Part shown: in pieces, positions 37,030 through 48,865 of the stretch
Position numbering within the stretch: the first letter of the stretch is position 1
How the letters are laid out: each line of letters starts with the position of its first letter
Assembly (NCBI GenBank): GCA_011109175.1
Contig: RDEW01000003.1
Span: forward strand, 2,057,761-2,121,760
Direction: 5' to 3'
DNA length: 64,000 bases
DNA from: Dicyema japonicum
Lineage: Eukaryota; Animalia; Dicyemida
Program-made: the position numbers and the translations under genes
The notes under the pieces: model-generated
The model's database searches: none
Told to the model about the DNA's origin: nothing
What the model saw: the letters and a program-made list of their open reading frames with translations, nothing else

Positions 37030-37230
37030 ACTACAGCCGCATGGCGGCAACGTTATTGTGGTGCTGTGGCTACTTGATTTTAGATTTTTTGTTTGCTCCT
37101 TTTGTTCTTTCTCTTATTTTTTTAATAAAGTGGCGTCATGTGATCCACATGTCTCAGTGCCAGGGTGGCACGAAAAAGGATCATTTACTCTCCCCCACTT
37201 TACTGGAGATGTCTCACAACTGCAAGGAAT
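37030..37230 (+). repeat. Interspersed repeat family B (copy 1)
   Basis: AGCCGCRTGGCG...GTGGCTA and TGGCGTCATGTGATCCAC...GCACGAAAAA.GATCATTT.CTCTCCCCCACT shared with 55640-55815. Confidence 0.7.
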
Positions 37231-37299
37231 GACCTTTTATGCTGGTTCTGGATGAATTTGTGTTACATTGGAAGGACTGTTTCTGTGACAGTGAGAACT

Positions 37300-38050
37300 A
37301 GATGCACCTAATTAGTTGGTAACTGTTGACTTCTTCCTCGGTGTATCAGGGTTAATAATACTAATCATGCCTTAGTAGGTAGTCGCTGATTAACATACGA
37401 CCACGCCTTGTCTCCAAGTGGTCGAGAATTTTCCTGGCAGAACTACAGTTATTGCATTTTTCTCTACCATAGTAGGAAAATAAATTGCCGTCTTGTATAA
37501 GACACAGCAATCCTTCAGACCTAAGAGAATCGTCCCCGTGTCATATGATTCGCTGAAGTCGACGCTGATATCATCCAAGCAGTCGAAAAGAGTTCCATGA
37601 AGTTGCTTTCTTCATTAAGATTTCTTCTGCAGCTCTTAAATAGTCAGAGTCATAAAAGCAGGTTCTTTGAGGTTCGATTGAGGAATTCTACGATCGTGGT
37701 TTCTTTGATTCTATGATCCATAGAATCCCTACCTTCCGCAGGTAATACTTCGACCTCTCCAGGTCTTGGAGGAATTGTAGAAGCATCCGTTTACTTTTAT
37801 GGGTAATAGATACCAATCCTTCTCCCGACACTTCCGGAGAACTCTCATTGAGCTCCAAAGAACACTACAGATATTCTACCTCCACCAATAGATCTAACTT
37901 AACATGTTACCCGAGTTCAATCTTTTATCTCCCAGATGTCGATTCTCTTTTACCCCAGCAAATATCGATATCAACGATTTTTGAAAAAGTTCTTTTTCTG
38001 TCCTCTAGCTCAATGGTCCCCACATTTTTGTTGCCGTACACCAGTGAGCG
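37300..38050 (-). mobile_element. Possible degraded LINE remnant
   Basis: ISVDFSESYDT resembles the RT motif xDFSKAYD; heavily broken. Confidence 0.35.
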
Positions 38051-38937
38051 TTAGACCATTTTATCGCGGTCAGGGGGTAGATTGTTTACTTGCAACTTAC
38101 ATGTACCATTGTACAACCAACAGCATGGTACCAATGATATTTTGAAGATCAAATCTAGGATAGAGACTACGTGGGGAGGTCCAAAATTAAAAAACGTCGA
38201 AATTTTTAATTGAACCGGCTTATAATTTTTTGAATTTGCGGTTAAGAAAATTTCCAATTAAACTAATTTATATAATTTCCCGATCAATAGCGTCACTAAA
38301 TTTTTTAAGGGCACAAGTGTAAAAACTGATTTTTTTAATTTTCTCTTTTCAGCACCTCCTCTGGAAACATAGTTTTTCCATGTTCTGAATAAATTCTCAA
38401 TTGGATTGAGAAATTGCGAGTAATGGTATGGAACATGTAGATTGTCTGTATAATGGTGGATACAGACATTATTAAAGATATCGGGTCTTCACTTCCCTCT
38501 TCATAACAAAGATTTTGTTAAGGATTCCAGAAAAATTAGTCATTGATGGAATTTTTGGTTCTGATGGTCCCTACAGGAATATAGTAGAAGATCTGAAATA
38601 GCTCTTCCTCTTCTTGATCTTTAGGATCTTGAAAATCCGACCTGATTATGAGTTTTAAAATGTTCTTTTATCCAAAAATATATTTACCCTTCCCAATGTA
38701 ATGATTAGAAAGTTATGCTAATGGACGATAGTGACGTTAATGGTGGGGAAACCCTATAATTCCGTGATAATAATTCATTCATTCAATTTGAATACTTGGA
38801 TATATCAATTTGTATGTTTTATAGCTGACTATGAGCGAAGTAAACTGTTACCATTTGATTGGGCAAATTATGTAAAATTTACTTATTTTGTCAAAATTAG
38901 AATATTCAGGGAATGGTGTTATTCTCATAGTCTAAGT

Positions 38938-39023
38938 CAGTGTTTCTCAAAGAGGGGCAATTCGCCCTTCATAAAAGAATTTTTCTTCATAGGGGGATGC
39001 GAAAAGAAGGTTGAGAAACACTG
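38938..39023. mobile_element. 86-bp Buster-type hAT MITE
   Basis: Perfect 13-bp inverted ends CAGTGTTTCTCAA / TTGAGAAACACTG, similar to the TIR of 44661-46711. The 8-bp flanks differ (GTCTAAGT, GGTTACCT) but both fit nnnTAnnn. Confidence 0.7.
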
Positions 39024-39281
39024 GGTTACCTTTCATGAATGACAAATATATAGAATCTGTTCTACACTAGATCCCAAAATAGGGCAAAAATATTGAGGAC
39101 CAATGGGTCGGTCGAGTTAATTCGAGGTGAAAGTAAGGATCTCTGAAAGTGACCTGTCTTGACGGGTCGCTTCTTAATGGCTATCAGCTTCCTAAAAGGT
39201 AACTGCGGTTAAATAAGCACAAAATATTTTATCAAATCTGATAATGGACAGAAATAAAAAAAGAAAATAAAAAACTATCAA

Positions 39282-41150
39282 CTACAAATTGTTGACTCCA
39301 CGACTTTGCAAATGTTCATATAACCGCCCATTATCCATAATAATTCCAGGGAAGCCAAAATCAGCCGAATAGGCATGCTTTCTTCCACGCGACTTCATAA
39401 CCCAGTAAAGAAACAGACACGAAGACACGATAATAATACAGGCAAACAGAACTACGTAGAAATCAAAATAAACTCGCAATAATCTGTTTCCAATTATACT
39501 TCGATTTGTCCTTCGCTAAGACAAGAAAATGCCTGATCTTGTTTTGGATGTCAAATTCAACTGATTTGATGATCGGACCGAAGACCACGGATCCATTAGC
39601 ATAAATATTAGTAACCAGTGTATCTGGAGACTTGTTTCTCCCGAATTTCCACACATCAGAATCAATTTTCCTAAATATATTTTAACACAAACTTTGAGTT
39701 ATATTCCACATAATCAATCAAAACCTTAATCAACTGACTCTTGAGACCAGGGTCCAGAGTGTCAGAGAACGGAAAAAGTAGCTAAATCTCACAAAATGGG
39801 ACAAACAGGTGGGGAGTCCTCCACCGTGGTGGTGAAATTGATAAACGTGACCTTTTGTTGGACGTTAAAGGATGAGTTCCAAATATCATACAACCCAAAT
39901 GAATTGTAGACAAATTTGCAGAAAATTGACTTGTAGCTATCATCCCCCAAATTCACGTGTAAATCGAAAAACTTCAAAGCCGCTGATGGAAGATCATATC
40001 TTCGGTAATTAATAAATAAACTCAGTAATCCCAGTCTTTGTGAGAACGGCCACCATGGCATCGATGAGCTGGTCCTTCGAGGCTATGGGGAGGTTGTCTC
40101 CTTGATACCATCTCCCAATCATGGAACAACTTTCGGAGGGGTTAAAGGCTGAAAGTACAATAAATCGAACAACCATACATAACTGGAATATAAAAGCTTC
40201 TACTGAAGGGATCCTTGCTTACATAAGGCAACCATGGGTTCAGGGTCCTCGTATTGTTGAGAATATCCGATAAACTCAGTATTTTGGATTTAACCTTGAC
40301 TAAAAATAATTAATACAAGCATTTCCAGGCAACGAATATTATCACAACGAAAGTAGTTTAAAAGCTTCTGTTTTTGATAGTTTTTGAGATGGCCTTGTGA
40401 GGTAAACGAGGGACCAAAAAGGGCATACATCCCAATGTAGGGATAATTATTCATGGCCGAGTACAAAAGGTCACTTGCAGGTCTTCCTCTCCCAGAGTAC
40501 ACTATTTTCTCGAGTGGAATGCAAAAACGTCGATAAAGTCGGAAAATCACAAAATAAGCGAGATTGATGTCTGCAAATCCAACGTTTGTAGATTCGTCAT
40601 TGATACTTTATAATCATAACATCATTTACTTGTTAAAGCCCAGAAAACCTGAACGGTAGTAGAGGATCACCACCAAGGCTCCCGACTCCCTTGCAAGAGA
40701 TATTGCGTCCTGCTTTATGGCGGATTTATTTTTCTCCAAGATATCCACGTGCCATATGAAAGTGAATGAGGGACCATTTTGCTCGCAATTTACGTTGTAT
40801 GTTCCTTTGGAGACCGGGGAGGAGACGTAAATGTCAAAATCGAAACAGTGAGAAGCGTCAAGTGGACTCCCGTCTTCTCCAAGGCACAGGTTGGGGTCGT
40901 CCGTCCTCGATTGGAATATCACTTTTGGAATATCTCCATCTCCGATTTGTCTTGGATTGTGAAGTAAAAATATCAATTTTTCACGAACGACTGGCATTGC
41001 GTAAGGAATTCCGTAAAAATAAGCGACGTGTTTCCCTTCAGAATTGACTTTCCCTTCCAACGAGAATGTGTCAAATTTGAAAACAACGTCCTCATCATTT
41101 TGTTTGAGGAAACATGAGAAAAAAACAACGCACAAAAAACATTTAGGCAT
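39282..41150 (-). CDS. Cholinesterase-like (type B carboxylesterase fold) single-pass membrane protein, probably non-catalytic
   Basis: Signal-peptide-like N-terminus, AYFYGIPYAMP, HCFDFDIY (cf. EDCLYLNIY), LVVILYYRSGFLGF, C-terminal TM segment VVLFACIIIVSSCLFLYWVM. Confidence 0.7.
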
Positions 41151-41599
41151 AGAAACTTTCCAATTATTTATTTATATTTTTATCTATTATCAAATTTTTT
41201 AATTAATTTTTAATTTTATTAATTTTAAAATAATTAATTCAAGAAATCAAGAAATTATTTCCAATTAACCAGATGCATGAGTATTCTTGCCATATCCGAG
41301 AGCGTTATGGCCACTGACCCAAAAGAATGGACGAGACTTGTAGTACTGGTACGTAACAGGCTACCCCGAATGCTCTGAATGACTGGCCGTACTTGGCGGT
41401 GCTTTACAGTTGCAGATTTAGACTGCTATATCTGTGAGTGAGATCAAGAAAATGGCTATAAACAATGAGGAGGGTTAGAGGAGGAGTACTTGTCTAAAGA
41501 GTCGGGGACTAGATGATCACAGTTGCCAAAGAGTCCACGAACAACAGAGCTGTGATACTTTGCAGCTCATCCATGTTTATGAAGTTTTCGCACGGAATT

Positions 41600-42030
41600 T
41601 CGCTGCAGTCATTAAATGTAGTGCTTGATTCCAAATCTGGACAATCCCCAGACTACTGCAGATTATAGATCGATAACCTGCATGCAACCCTGTATAAGCT
41701 GACCAAAATTGGTGGCTAATGAGATTAGGTGCTTTGTAGAAGCCATGGAATTCTCTCCGAGGAACAGCTTGGCTCTGCATGAAATTGTCAAGGGAAAAAG
41801 AGCAGGCTTTGATCAACAAGTGCCTTTTTTATGTCTCATGGAAACTTACTTTTGTCAATGTGGGTGGATGTGAAGAAGGTTTATGATTCAGTTGATCATT
41901 ATTACCTTGTCGACTCCCTACACAGGCTGTGTATGCCTGTGTGGTTCATCAGATTTGTAGTGGCTGTTATGAATAGTAGTCCCTTATGCCTGAGACAAAG
42001 CGACAAATTACTGAAGGCATGCGTAAAGGA
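41600..42030 (+). mobile_element. R4/NeSL-like RT fragment
   Basis: KEQALINK...MWVDVKKVYDSVDHYYLVDSL resembles the R4-type motifs KEQLLID and WIDYKKAFDSVPH. Confidence 0.55.
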
Positions 42031-42299
42031 AAAAGCGTTGTCGTGCGAGACTTCTTTGAGCGCATCCTTATACGAATCCACGACATCCTGATAGCTGAGT
42101 CGAGTGTGTCTGATAGCAAGCGCGTCAAAATAACAGTCGAGAAAATATGAGAAATTCACCCAGGATCAAATTACAAATAAATAATTTAATTGAAAGGATT
42201 AATTTTCTTGGTTAAATTACTCTCAGCTGTTTGTTCCGCTCGCAGTTGAAATTTCTGGTTCCCATGCGCCTTCGAGGTAAAATTCCCAAGGAAATCTGA

Positions 42300-42400
42300 T
42301 TTCCACACGCATTAGAGATTCCTCTCAGGATGGGCAGCGAGATTAGTTCAAATCACCAGTGCTCAGGGGGATCTCATGTTTGTGCAGAAATCCGATTCCC
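42300..42400 (-). mobile_element. CRE-like extreme 3' fragment
   Basis: NRISAQT*DPPEHW*FELISLPILRGISNAC. Confidence 0.55.
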
Positions 42401-42559
42401 TAGACGTTCACAAAAACAAACTGCCTTCGATTAAAAAGCTAAGAGATCAAAGATAGAACTTGAAGAGATTTGAGAGATTAAATTTTAATAAAATAGTAAA
42501 ACGTGGCTACAATTTTAGTAAAGTTTAAAAAATTTAGTAAAGTCCTTCAAAAGTTGAAA

Positions 42560-43397
42560 TGTTACTCCTTACACGTCCTCTGCGCCCAAGAGAGTCATCG
42601 ATTTTTTGAATTGCCTATCGATTTTTTGAATTTAAGGAATTGTGTTAAATATAAGTGATTTTTATCAATGGGAATCTTCGAATTCTCGGTCCACCAGTGT
42701 CCCACCGTTGTCAATTAGTGCTTCCGTGTGTGTTCGCAGAGAAACTCGATTGTAGTACACTTCTTCAGGACCGATCAGTACTCCTCTACATTTTTATAGT
42801 ATTTATAACATGAAGACTCCAAAGGGAGGAAATGCCGTAGCAAAAAGACACTCAAATTCTTCCAATTATTTCTAATGTGTGACGATATCTGAGATACTCT
42901 CTACTGTGCTCGAACGGGAGATATATATTTGAATTGATTTTCCTACAGGAATCATCAAAAAATATCTTGTAGGATGAAGAGAACTTTATAAAGCTAGTTG
43001 AAGACATGTTAAGTACTGCTCATGTAATTGGATTCGGGTCATAAGTGAAAAGTTCAAAAATTAACTCCCGCTAAGTTAATGATGAGTGTCCCACTCCAGT
43101 CATGCGGGATTCAAAACCTTGCTAAATCAGAGTTATTTTAGTTTCCCATTCATCCCAAAAGCATTCTAAGATTCGAGGACGAAAACTTTCGCAAAAGAAA
43201 CACGTGACAAGCTCAGCCAACCCGCCAATTGGCATAAGTACTGAAGGGAATAATAACTCACTCCTTTCAGAGCGATGTCAAAGACCTTCCAAATCCGACT
43301 TATTTCATTCCCTAAGGACTCAAAAAAGATCTGAGTATAGCTTGTATCCACCAAACTAGAAATCTGTGATACACAACCACGTGACCAGCCCAGACAT
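42560..43397 (-). CDS. Possible multi-exon gene of unknown function immediately downstream of PDCD2
   Basis: ATG at 43397, then MSGLVTC|LVDTSYTQIFFESLGNEISRIWKVFDIALK across a 22-nt GT-AG intron; the remainder is unresolved. Confidence 0.3.
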
Positions 43398-43430
43398 CAC
43401 TAAATAAAAAAAATATTATAAAAGTAAAAA

Positions 43431-44363
43431 TCAGTCAACACGTTCATATTCAATCATAAAAAGAACTTCTTTCGCATAATAAACACCCTGATGTCTCACA
43501 TCACAGCTGTCTTCACACGTGTATATATAAAGTCCCCCAAACTCCATCGACCTCCACTTCTCATTCCCCTTCAAATACGCTATAGATTGTGAGGTTATCT
43601 GAAACTCAAAACTCCTATTTCCGCCGCAAAATTCACAGCACGGAACTCCCTCCTCCGCAACCCGCGCTGGCGAAATCCACAGCGGATTTCCATGAGAGTA
43701 CCTGACAACCTGAGACGGTTGGGACTTAATTTTCCTGCAGAAAGCCAAATAATCTTTATTTTTTACCCCAAATCCCCTCGCCTCTAAAATATCGTTACCC
43801 CTCGGTCTCTACCATTCATGTCATGACCTTCCTCTCTGTAATCGCTGTCCGAAGAAGAATCAGAGCGGTCATCGACTTTCCCCTCGACAATATCAATTAA
43901 GCTCTCCTCGAACCTTTCTGTAAGATCTAACAGCTACAATATCAAAGTGTGGGTACCTGGGTTTTGTAGAGCTGAGAAAAAAGCTCCAAATATCCCTGTT
44001 TGATGTTTTCCATTAAGAATCGGTCCCTGGGATACTCAGCGGTATAAAATTCGTTATCTTGGGGAAGTTGGCATCTGAAGACGACTCCACATCCCTTATT
44101 TTTCTTGCAGTATGACAGATTGGCGCATAGAAAGATGTAGATTGTGCGATGGAAGGCGTGAGGATCACGTGGGCAGTACAGTTGGGCTATAAATCGACAG
44201 TTTCCTAGGCATGAAGGACAGGTTATTTTCTCTGGAAGTCGTAATGGTATCATCCAGGCTGGATTACCTCCTAATTTGCTAGGAAAATGGTTTGCGCGGA
44301 ATTTAATCTTCTTTGTTTGGGGGTAAGAGGTACAATGAGTCCAATATCGACAAATTCATCCAT
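43431..44363 (-). CDS. PDCD2: Programmed cell death protein 2 (Zfrp8-like), MYND finger not seen
   Basis: VDIGL..HFPSKLGGNPAW (one A missing near 44292), CPSC..FIAQLYCP..HAFHRTIYIFLC, VFRCQLPQDNEFY, QVVRYSHGNPLWIS, CEFCGGNRSFEFQI, EFGGLYIYTC. Confidence 0.8.
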
Positions 44364-44660
44364 TTAAAACCCAGAAAAAGCACGAGACAAAAATTTAAAT
44401 TTAATAAAATATTTATGTATTTTTAATAAACTTAACATGATAATAAAATTAATCCATTTTAATAAAATCTAGAGTTAGCAGGGAAATAATAATAAAATAT
44501 CAGAATAACGTTGAATTACTTACTTATAATATTGTTAATCCTAGGTTTCAAGAATTCTTCTGAAAAATGTCCTCAGCAGCTTCCATCATTGCACGTTAAC
44601 TTAATTCTGGCTTCCATCGACTAAGGAAATCTATCGAATTTCCTTTCTCATGGTCTATGG

Positions 44661-46711
44661 CTGTGATTCTCAACCGTGGTGCATGTTCACCATTTTTGGT
44701 ACATGAAAAATACTCGAATGGTGCATGGAGAAAAATTGGTACATGGTATTATTTTTTAAATATGTTTTATCATCAGTAATTAGTTCATTACGATGGTTAA
44801 CCATTATCATTTGATCCCTATAAATACTCGTGTCAATCACATGTCTGGTGGGAATTCTCGTAATCCTCGGATTTATCGTAAAGATTATTTGAAATATGGA
44901 TTTATCCCTTCCAGTGGAGACAAATCTAAGCCTTTTTGCATAATCTGCAAAAATTCTTTGGGCAATAGTTTATGAAATTGTCAAGATTAACACACCATTT
45001 GAGGACTAGACATCCAAATCTAGTCGGATCTTCGCTTGAATATTTTCAAAATATAAAAAACAAGATTGATGAACCTACTGCCCTTCAAAAGTTAATCGCT
45101 CATCATGCTCTTGCACGAAAAAGTATTCATTTTAACCTATTTCATAGATGGGTTACTTGCATCCTACGAAATTGCCCAAATCGTTGCTAAAAATAATGCT
45201 ACCCATGTTTCGGGTGAATCGTTAATAATACCTTCTATCGCAGTTGTTTTACAAGATATGTTGGGACATAATCCATCTGAAATTTTACAAGTAGTGCGAC
45301 CATTTTGATGTTCCTAGAATTTACCTTTGAATAATGATACAATTCGTCGCTGAATTGACGAAATGGCTGAAAGCGTCGAAGATTCCTTAAAAATATATTT
45401 AGAAAAACTGTTTTTTCCTTGCAGATTGACGAATGTCTGGTATGTGATAATAAATCTATATTAATGACCTATGTTAGGTAGGTATTTTAAATAATATTTT
45501 GTTTAGATTTTTTGACGAAAAAGTAGTTTTTTGTGGAGAGGTTTCGTTTATCAGACCTTTGATAACAGATTCTATCGGAGAGTCAATTTTTAATGTATTG
45601 AAAACGTATTTTGAAGAAAAACAAATTCCATTTTCCAATTTAATCACATGTGCTACGGACGGTGCAATGGCCATGGTTGGGAAGTACAAAGGATTTGCGT
45701 TTTTTTTGAAACAAAAATGTCCGAATTTAATTCATATTCATTGCGTATTACACCGCCATCATCTGGTTTCAAAAAAAATCTCCGCTTTTTTAAATCAAGT
45801 GCTGAATCTCGTCATAAAAACGATCAATCGAATTAAACCAAGTCCAAAATCTGATAGGATCTTTAGAAAATTTTGTATAGATAGGAATGAAGATTATTTT
45901 AGATTCTTGTATCATACTGAAGTTTATTTTTGTTTTTTATATTCTTTAGGTTCGCTGGTTGTCCAAAGGCACTGCTTTACAAAGATTTGTAAACTTTTTA
46001 CCAGCTTTTTTGGACTTTCTTGAATTGGAAAATGAAGAGGAATTAGCAAGATCTATTTCAGAAAATGAGAAATATATTATTTTTAAATTGGATTTTTGCT
46101 AAATTGAATGAAATTTCCTTGAAATTGCAGGGAAATTTTGTAACTATGTTTGACGTCAGAGTTAAAATAATTACATTTTGTGAAAAGTTAAAGAATTATT
46201 AGCACTGTAGAGGTGCAAATGGATTTGCAAGATGAATTTATTGGTATTTTTATCATTATTATTTTTATAGAAATTAAATATAATTATTCTTACAAGATTT
46301 TGTTTGAAAACCATGATTTGTCTACCTTTTGGCGAAAAAAGGAATTTAAAGACAAATATCCAAAGATTTGGGAACAAATAATTAAAATTTTATTATGTTT
46401 TCCAACGACATATATTTTGGAATCAGGATTCAGCGTAGTAAACAGGATATTGAGCGATGAACGTAACAAGCTTGATATCTGCTCACGAGGAGATGTCAGA
46501 TTATTTTGAACACACTTGGACCCTGATATTCAGAAACTAATTAAAATGCATGAAAACCAATGCTCTCATTAAATAGTTAAAAAAAAGATTTTAAGTCCCT
46601 AAATTTAATTAAAAGAATTAAATAAGTCTTTGTTTCTTTGGTACACGAAATAACTTGGTTTGGTACACTGACTTTTTTTGGTACACCAAATAAAAAGGTT
46701 GAGAATCACTG
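44661..46711 (+). mobile_element. Buster-family hAT transposon with TIRs, TSD and intron-containing decayed transposase
   Basis: TIR CTGTGATTCTCAACC versus reverse-complemented right end CAGTGATTCTCAACC; TSD GTCTATGG at 44653-44660 and 46712-46719. BED finger KYGF..PFCIICKNSL..MKLSRLTHHLRTRH, ASYEIA, SLQIDE, CATDGA..MVG, HCVLHRHHL, HTE|VRWLS, FPTTYILESGFS, C-terminal NQCSH*. Confidence 0.92.
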
Positions 46712-47799
46712 GTCTATGGCTTCCTTCATTTTAGTGGAACCAGGGTTAATAATAACAATTAATTCCTTATCTACAGACACCAAGCTCTTTTTCCTAATTC
46801 AGAGACATCAGTAAATAATGTCATTAAGCTCGAGTTCATGAGGTTCTCTTCATAGATGCTGCTCTAGAGCCGGAGACTACGGAATTATTATTTTCCATTG
46901 GAGGAAGCCACTACTATGGGACACTACTTATGTCGACTCGTTGTCTCCTACTAGGGAGCACGCTAGAGGTACTGCACTGCAGAGAAGGCTAAATGAAAGG
47001 AATACCTAGTTTCTGTTTAATTGGTCATTGAGGTGATGACGTATCTCCGGTGCACTTAATGTCTTCATATCTTCAAGATGATTAGGGCTTCTCGTCCCTT
47101 TTTCTTAATGGACTCAGAAGGCATTGAAAACCCAAAGTTTTGGAATAAGGAGACATCAATAATTTCCGGAAGCGTCGTTATACGTTGACGTCCATAGAAT
47201 CTTTTTCCAAATCCTGGGAAATACTCCTCCATAGCAACGTTAGTTTATTCACTAGTCAGATGTGTTGGGAATATCGACAGAAGGAGATGAGGGATAAGCT
47301 ACCTGAACCGTTATCCAAAACATATTTACTCTAAAGAGAATTCGAATGACCTACCAAAACACATTAATAACAGAAAAAAGTCGTTTATGGGCAAAATTGC
47401 AACGATGACCAGTTAGACGGAAAAATCCTGTCAAAGAGAATCCGCAGCATCCAAAAAGATGTAAAGGGAATGCTATAACCAAAATTGATGTATCCAAAAA
47501 CAGAAGCTGACTTGATTGTACTCCAAATGGCTGATGACTACGAGTCAATCCAAGAGGAAAATGTTACGATCTTTATAGATCAGCTTCAACAAACGCTAGG
47601 AAATGGCACAAATAACAAGGGTGCGGTTGACGATCGGGCGATATCCATCGGTAATGTCTGGTGCCTACCTCACGAAGAGATTACATTTACTGGTGGAAAC
47701 AGACAATTATCCGGATGATGGCAAAACCAGGAAAACCCAAAAAGACCCTCTAAGCTACCCAATAAGTCTGATCTACAGTATGACAAAATCATGAGCGAA

Positions 47800-48400
47800 T
47801 AGTCTGCAAAAGATTGTTCCATGCTCTCGAAGAGTAGCTTCCTGAGTAATCAGCAATAGTTTCCGGCCAAGCAGATTTGTTGGAGACTGTTTTTTAAACT
47901 CGGAAGTAACCAAAGCGGGAGACTTGAAATATCACCTGCACGTCTTTGCCTTGATAAATTAAATCTAAAATAATGTGTGCCACTAAGCTCTACTATATTG
48001 TCTATACGGGACCAAGACCCCGGTGAATTAGTAAGCTGAGTGACGAACTTCCTGTCAGGACATAACTCATTCATTAAATATGAGGGATTTCTGTCAAAAC
48101 TAGTGAACCTAGAGAGATAAGTTCCACAGAGTTCGGCGGTCAGTCCCCTACTATTCGACATACTCATGGTTGATATACCGTTACCGAGGACACCGAGTAT
48201 GGTAATTTTGCTCTCAAATATGTCCAAGTCTACAAAATTTTTGTACAAGAGACTTGATAAATACATCAAAGAAATCAGAAAATGGCGTGTCTCCGGGGTT
48301 TGACTGTCATATGTGAGAGCTGTGCCTTGAGGAACATAAAAGATGTTGCTAACATACACCACCTTAAATTGTCAGTTGAAAGGAAAAAGGACTTTATGGA
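47800..48400 (+). mobile_element. Degraded LINE RT fragment
   Basis: WVTNFLSG...VPQSSAVSPLLFDILMVDIP read through stop codons. Confidence 0.6.
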
Positions 48401-48865
48401 AAACGTAGCTGATAGAAGGAAAAGATCTTCCAAGCTCTCCTGTGCATAAGAAAGATGAAAATTAGAAAAGAGGTTTTCTTCCTCCTGTTTAACGCGTCAT
48501 CGTCCCACACTCTTGTTTACCAATGTGAGGGGTAGTACCACTCCTCTAAGAAAAACAAGAGCAGCTACCAGTTAGTGCCAAAGAGAGATGAAAAGAAACT
48601 CAGCATCGAAAAGCTAATGAAAACGGTGATGCAGAACAAAATTATCAATTTTGTATAAAAAGAGTTAAAGACTCGTATATAAAACTTGAGGATCAGTAAA
48701 AGGTGGATGCCTGTGAAGCGTCCAATCCATATAGTAGAACTTAATTAACTCATCACCCTCACTAACCCCCGTTAATAATGATAATGGACCAAAGACAGAG
48801 TTGGGATTCAATATTAAATTTTGTTAGAAAGAAAAATTTAAATCTACGTTACTTAATATTAGACT

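Noticed and set aside
19372-44363. Pseudogenisation or programmed frameshifting in the CenH3-like gene, PDCD2, DHCR24 and the PHD-SAM gene
   Set aside because: The lesions are isolated 1-nt shifts, those in CenH3 and PDCD2 inside A runs, in otherwise intact essential genes; assembly indel error is more parsimonious. Raw reads would decide.
47850-48362. 170-aa minus-strand ORF as a gene
   Set aside because: It is the antisense shadow of a degraded plus-strand LINE RT.
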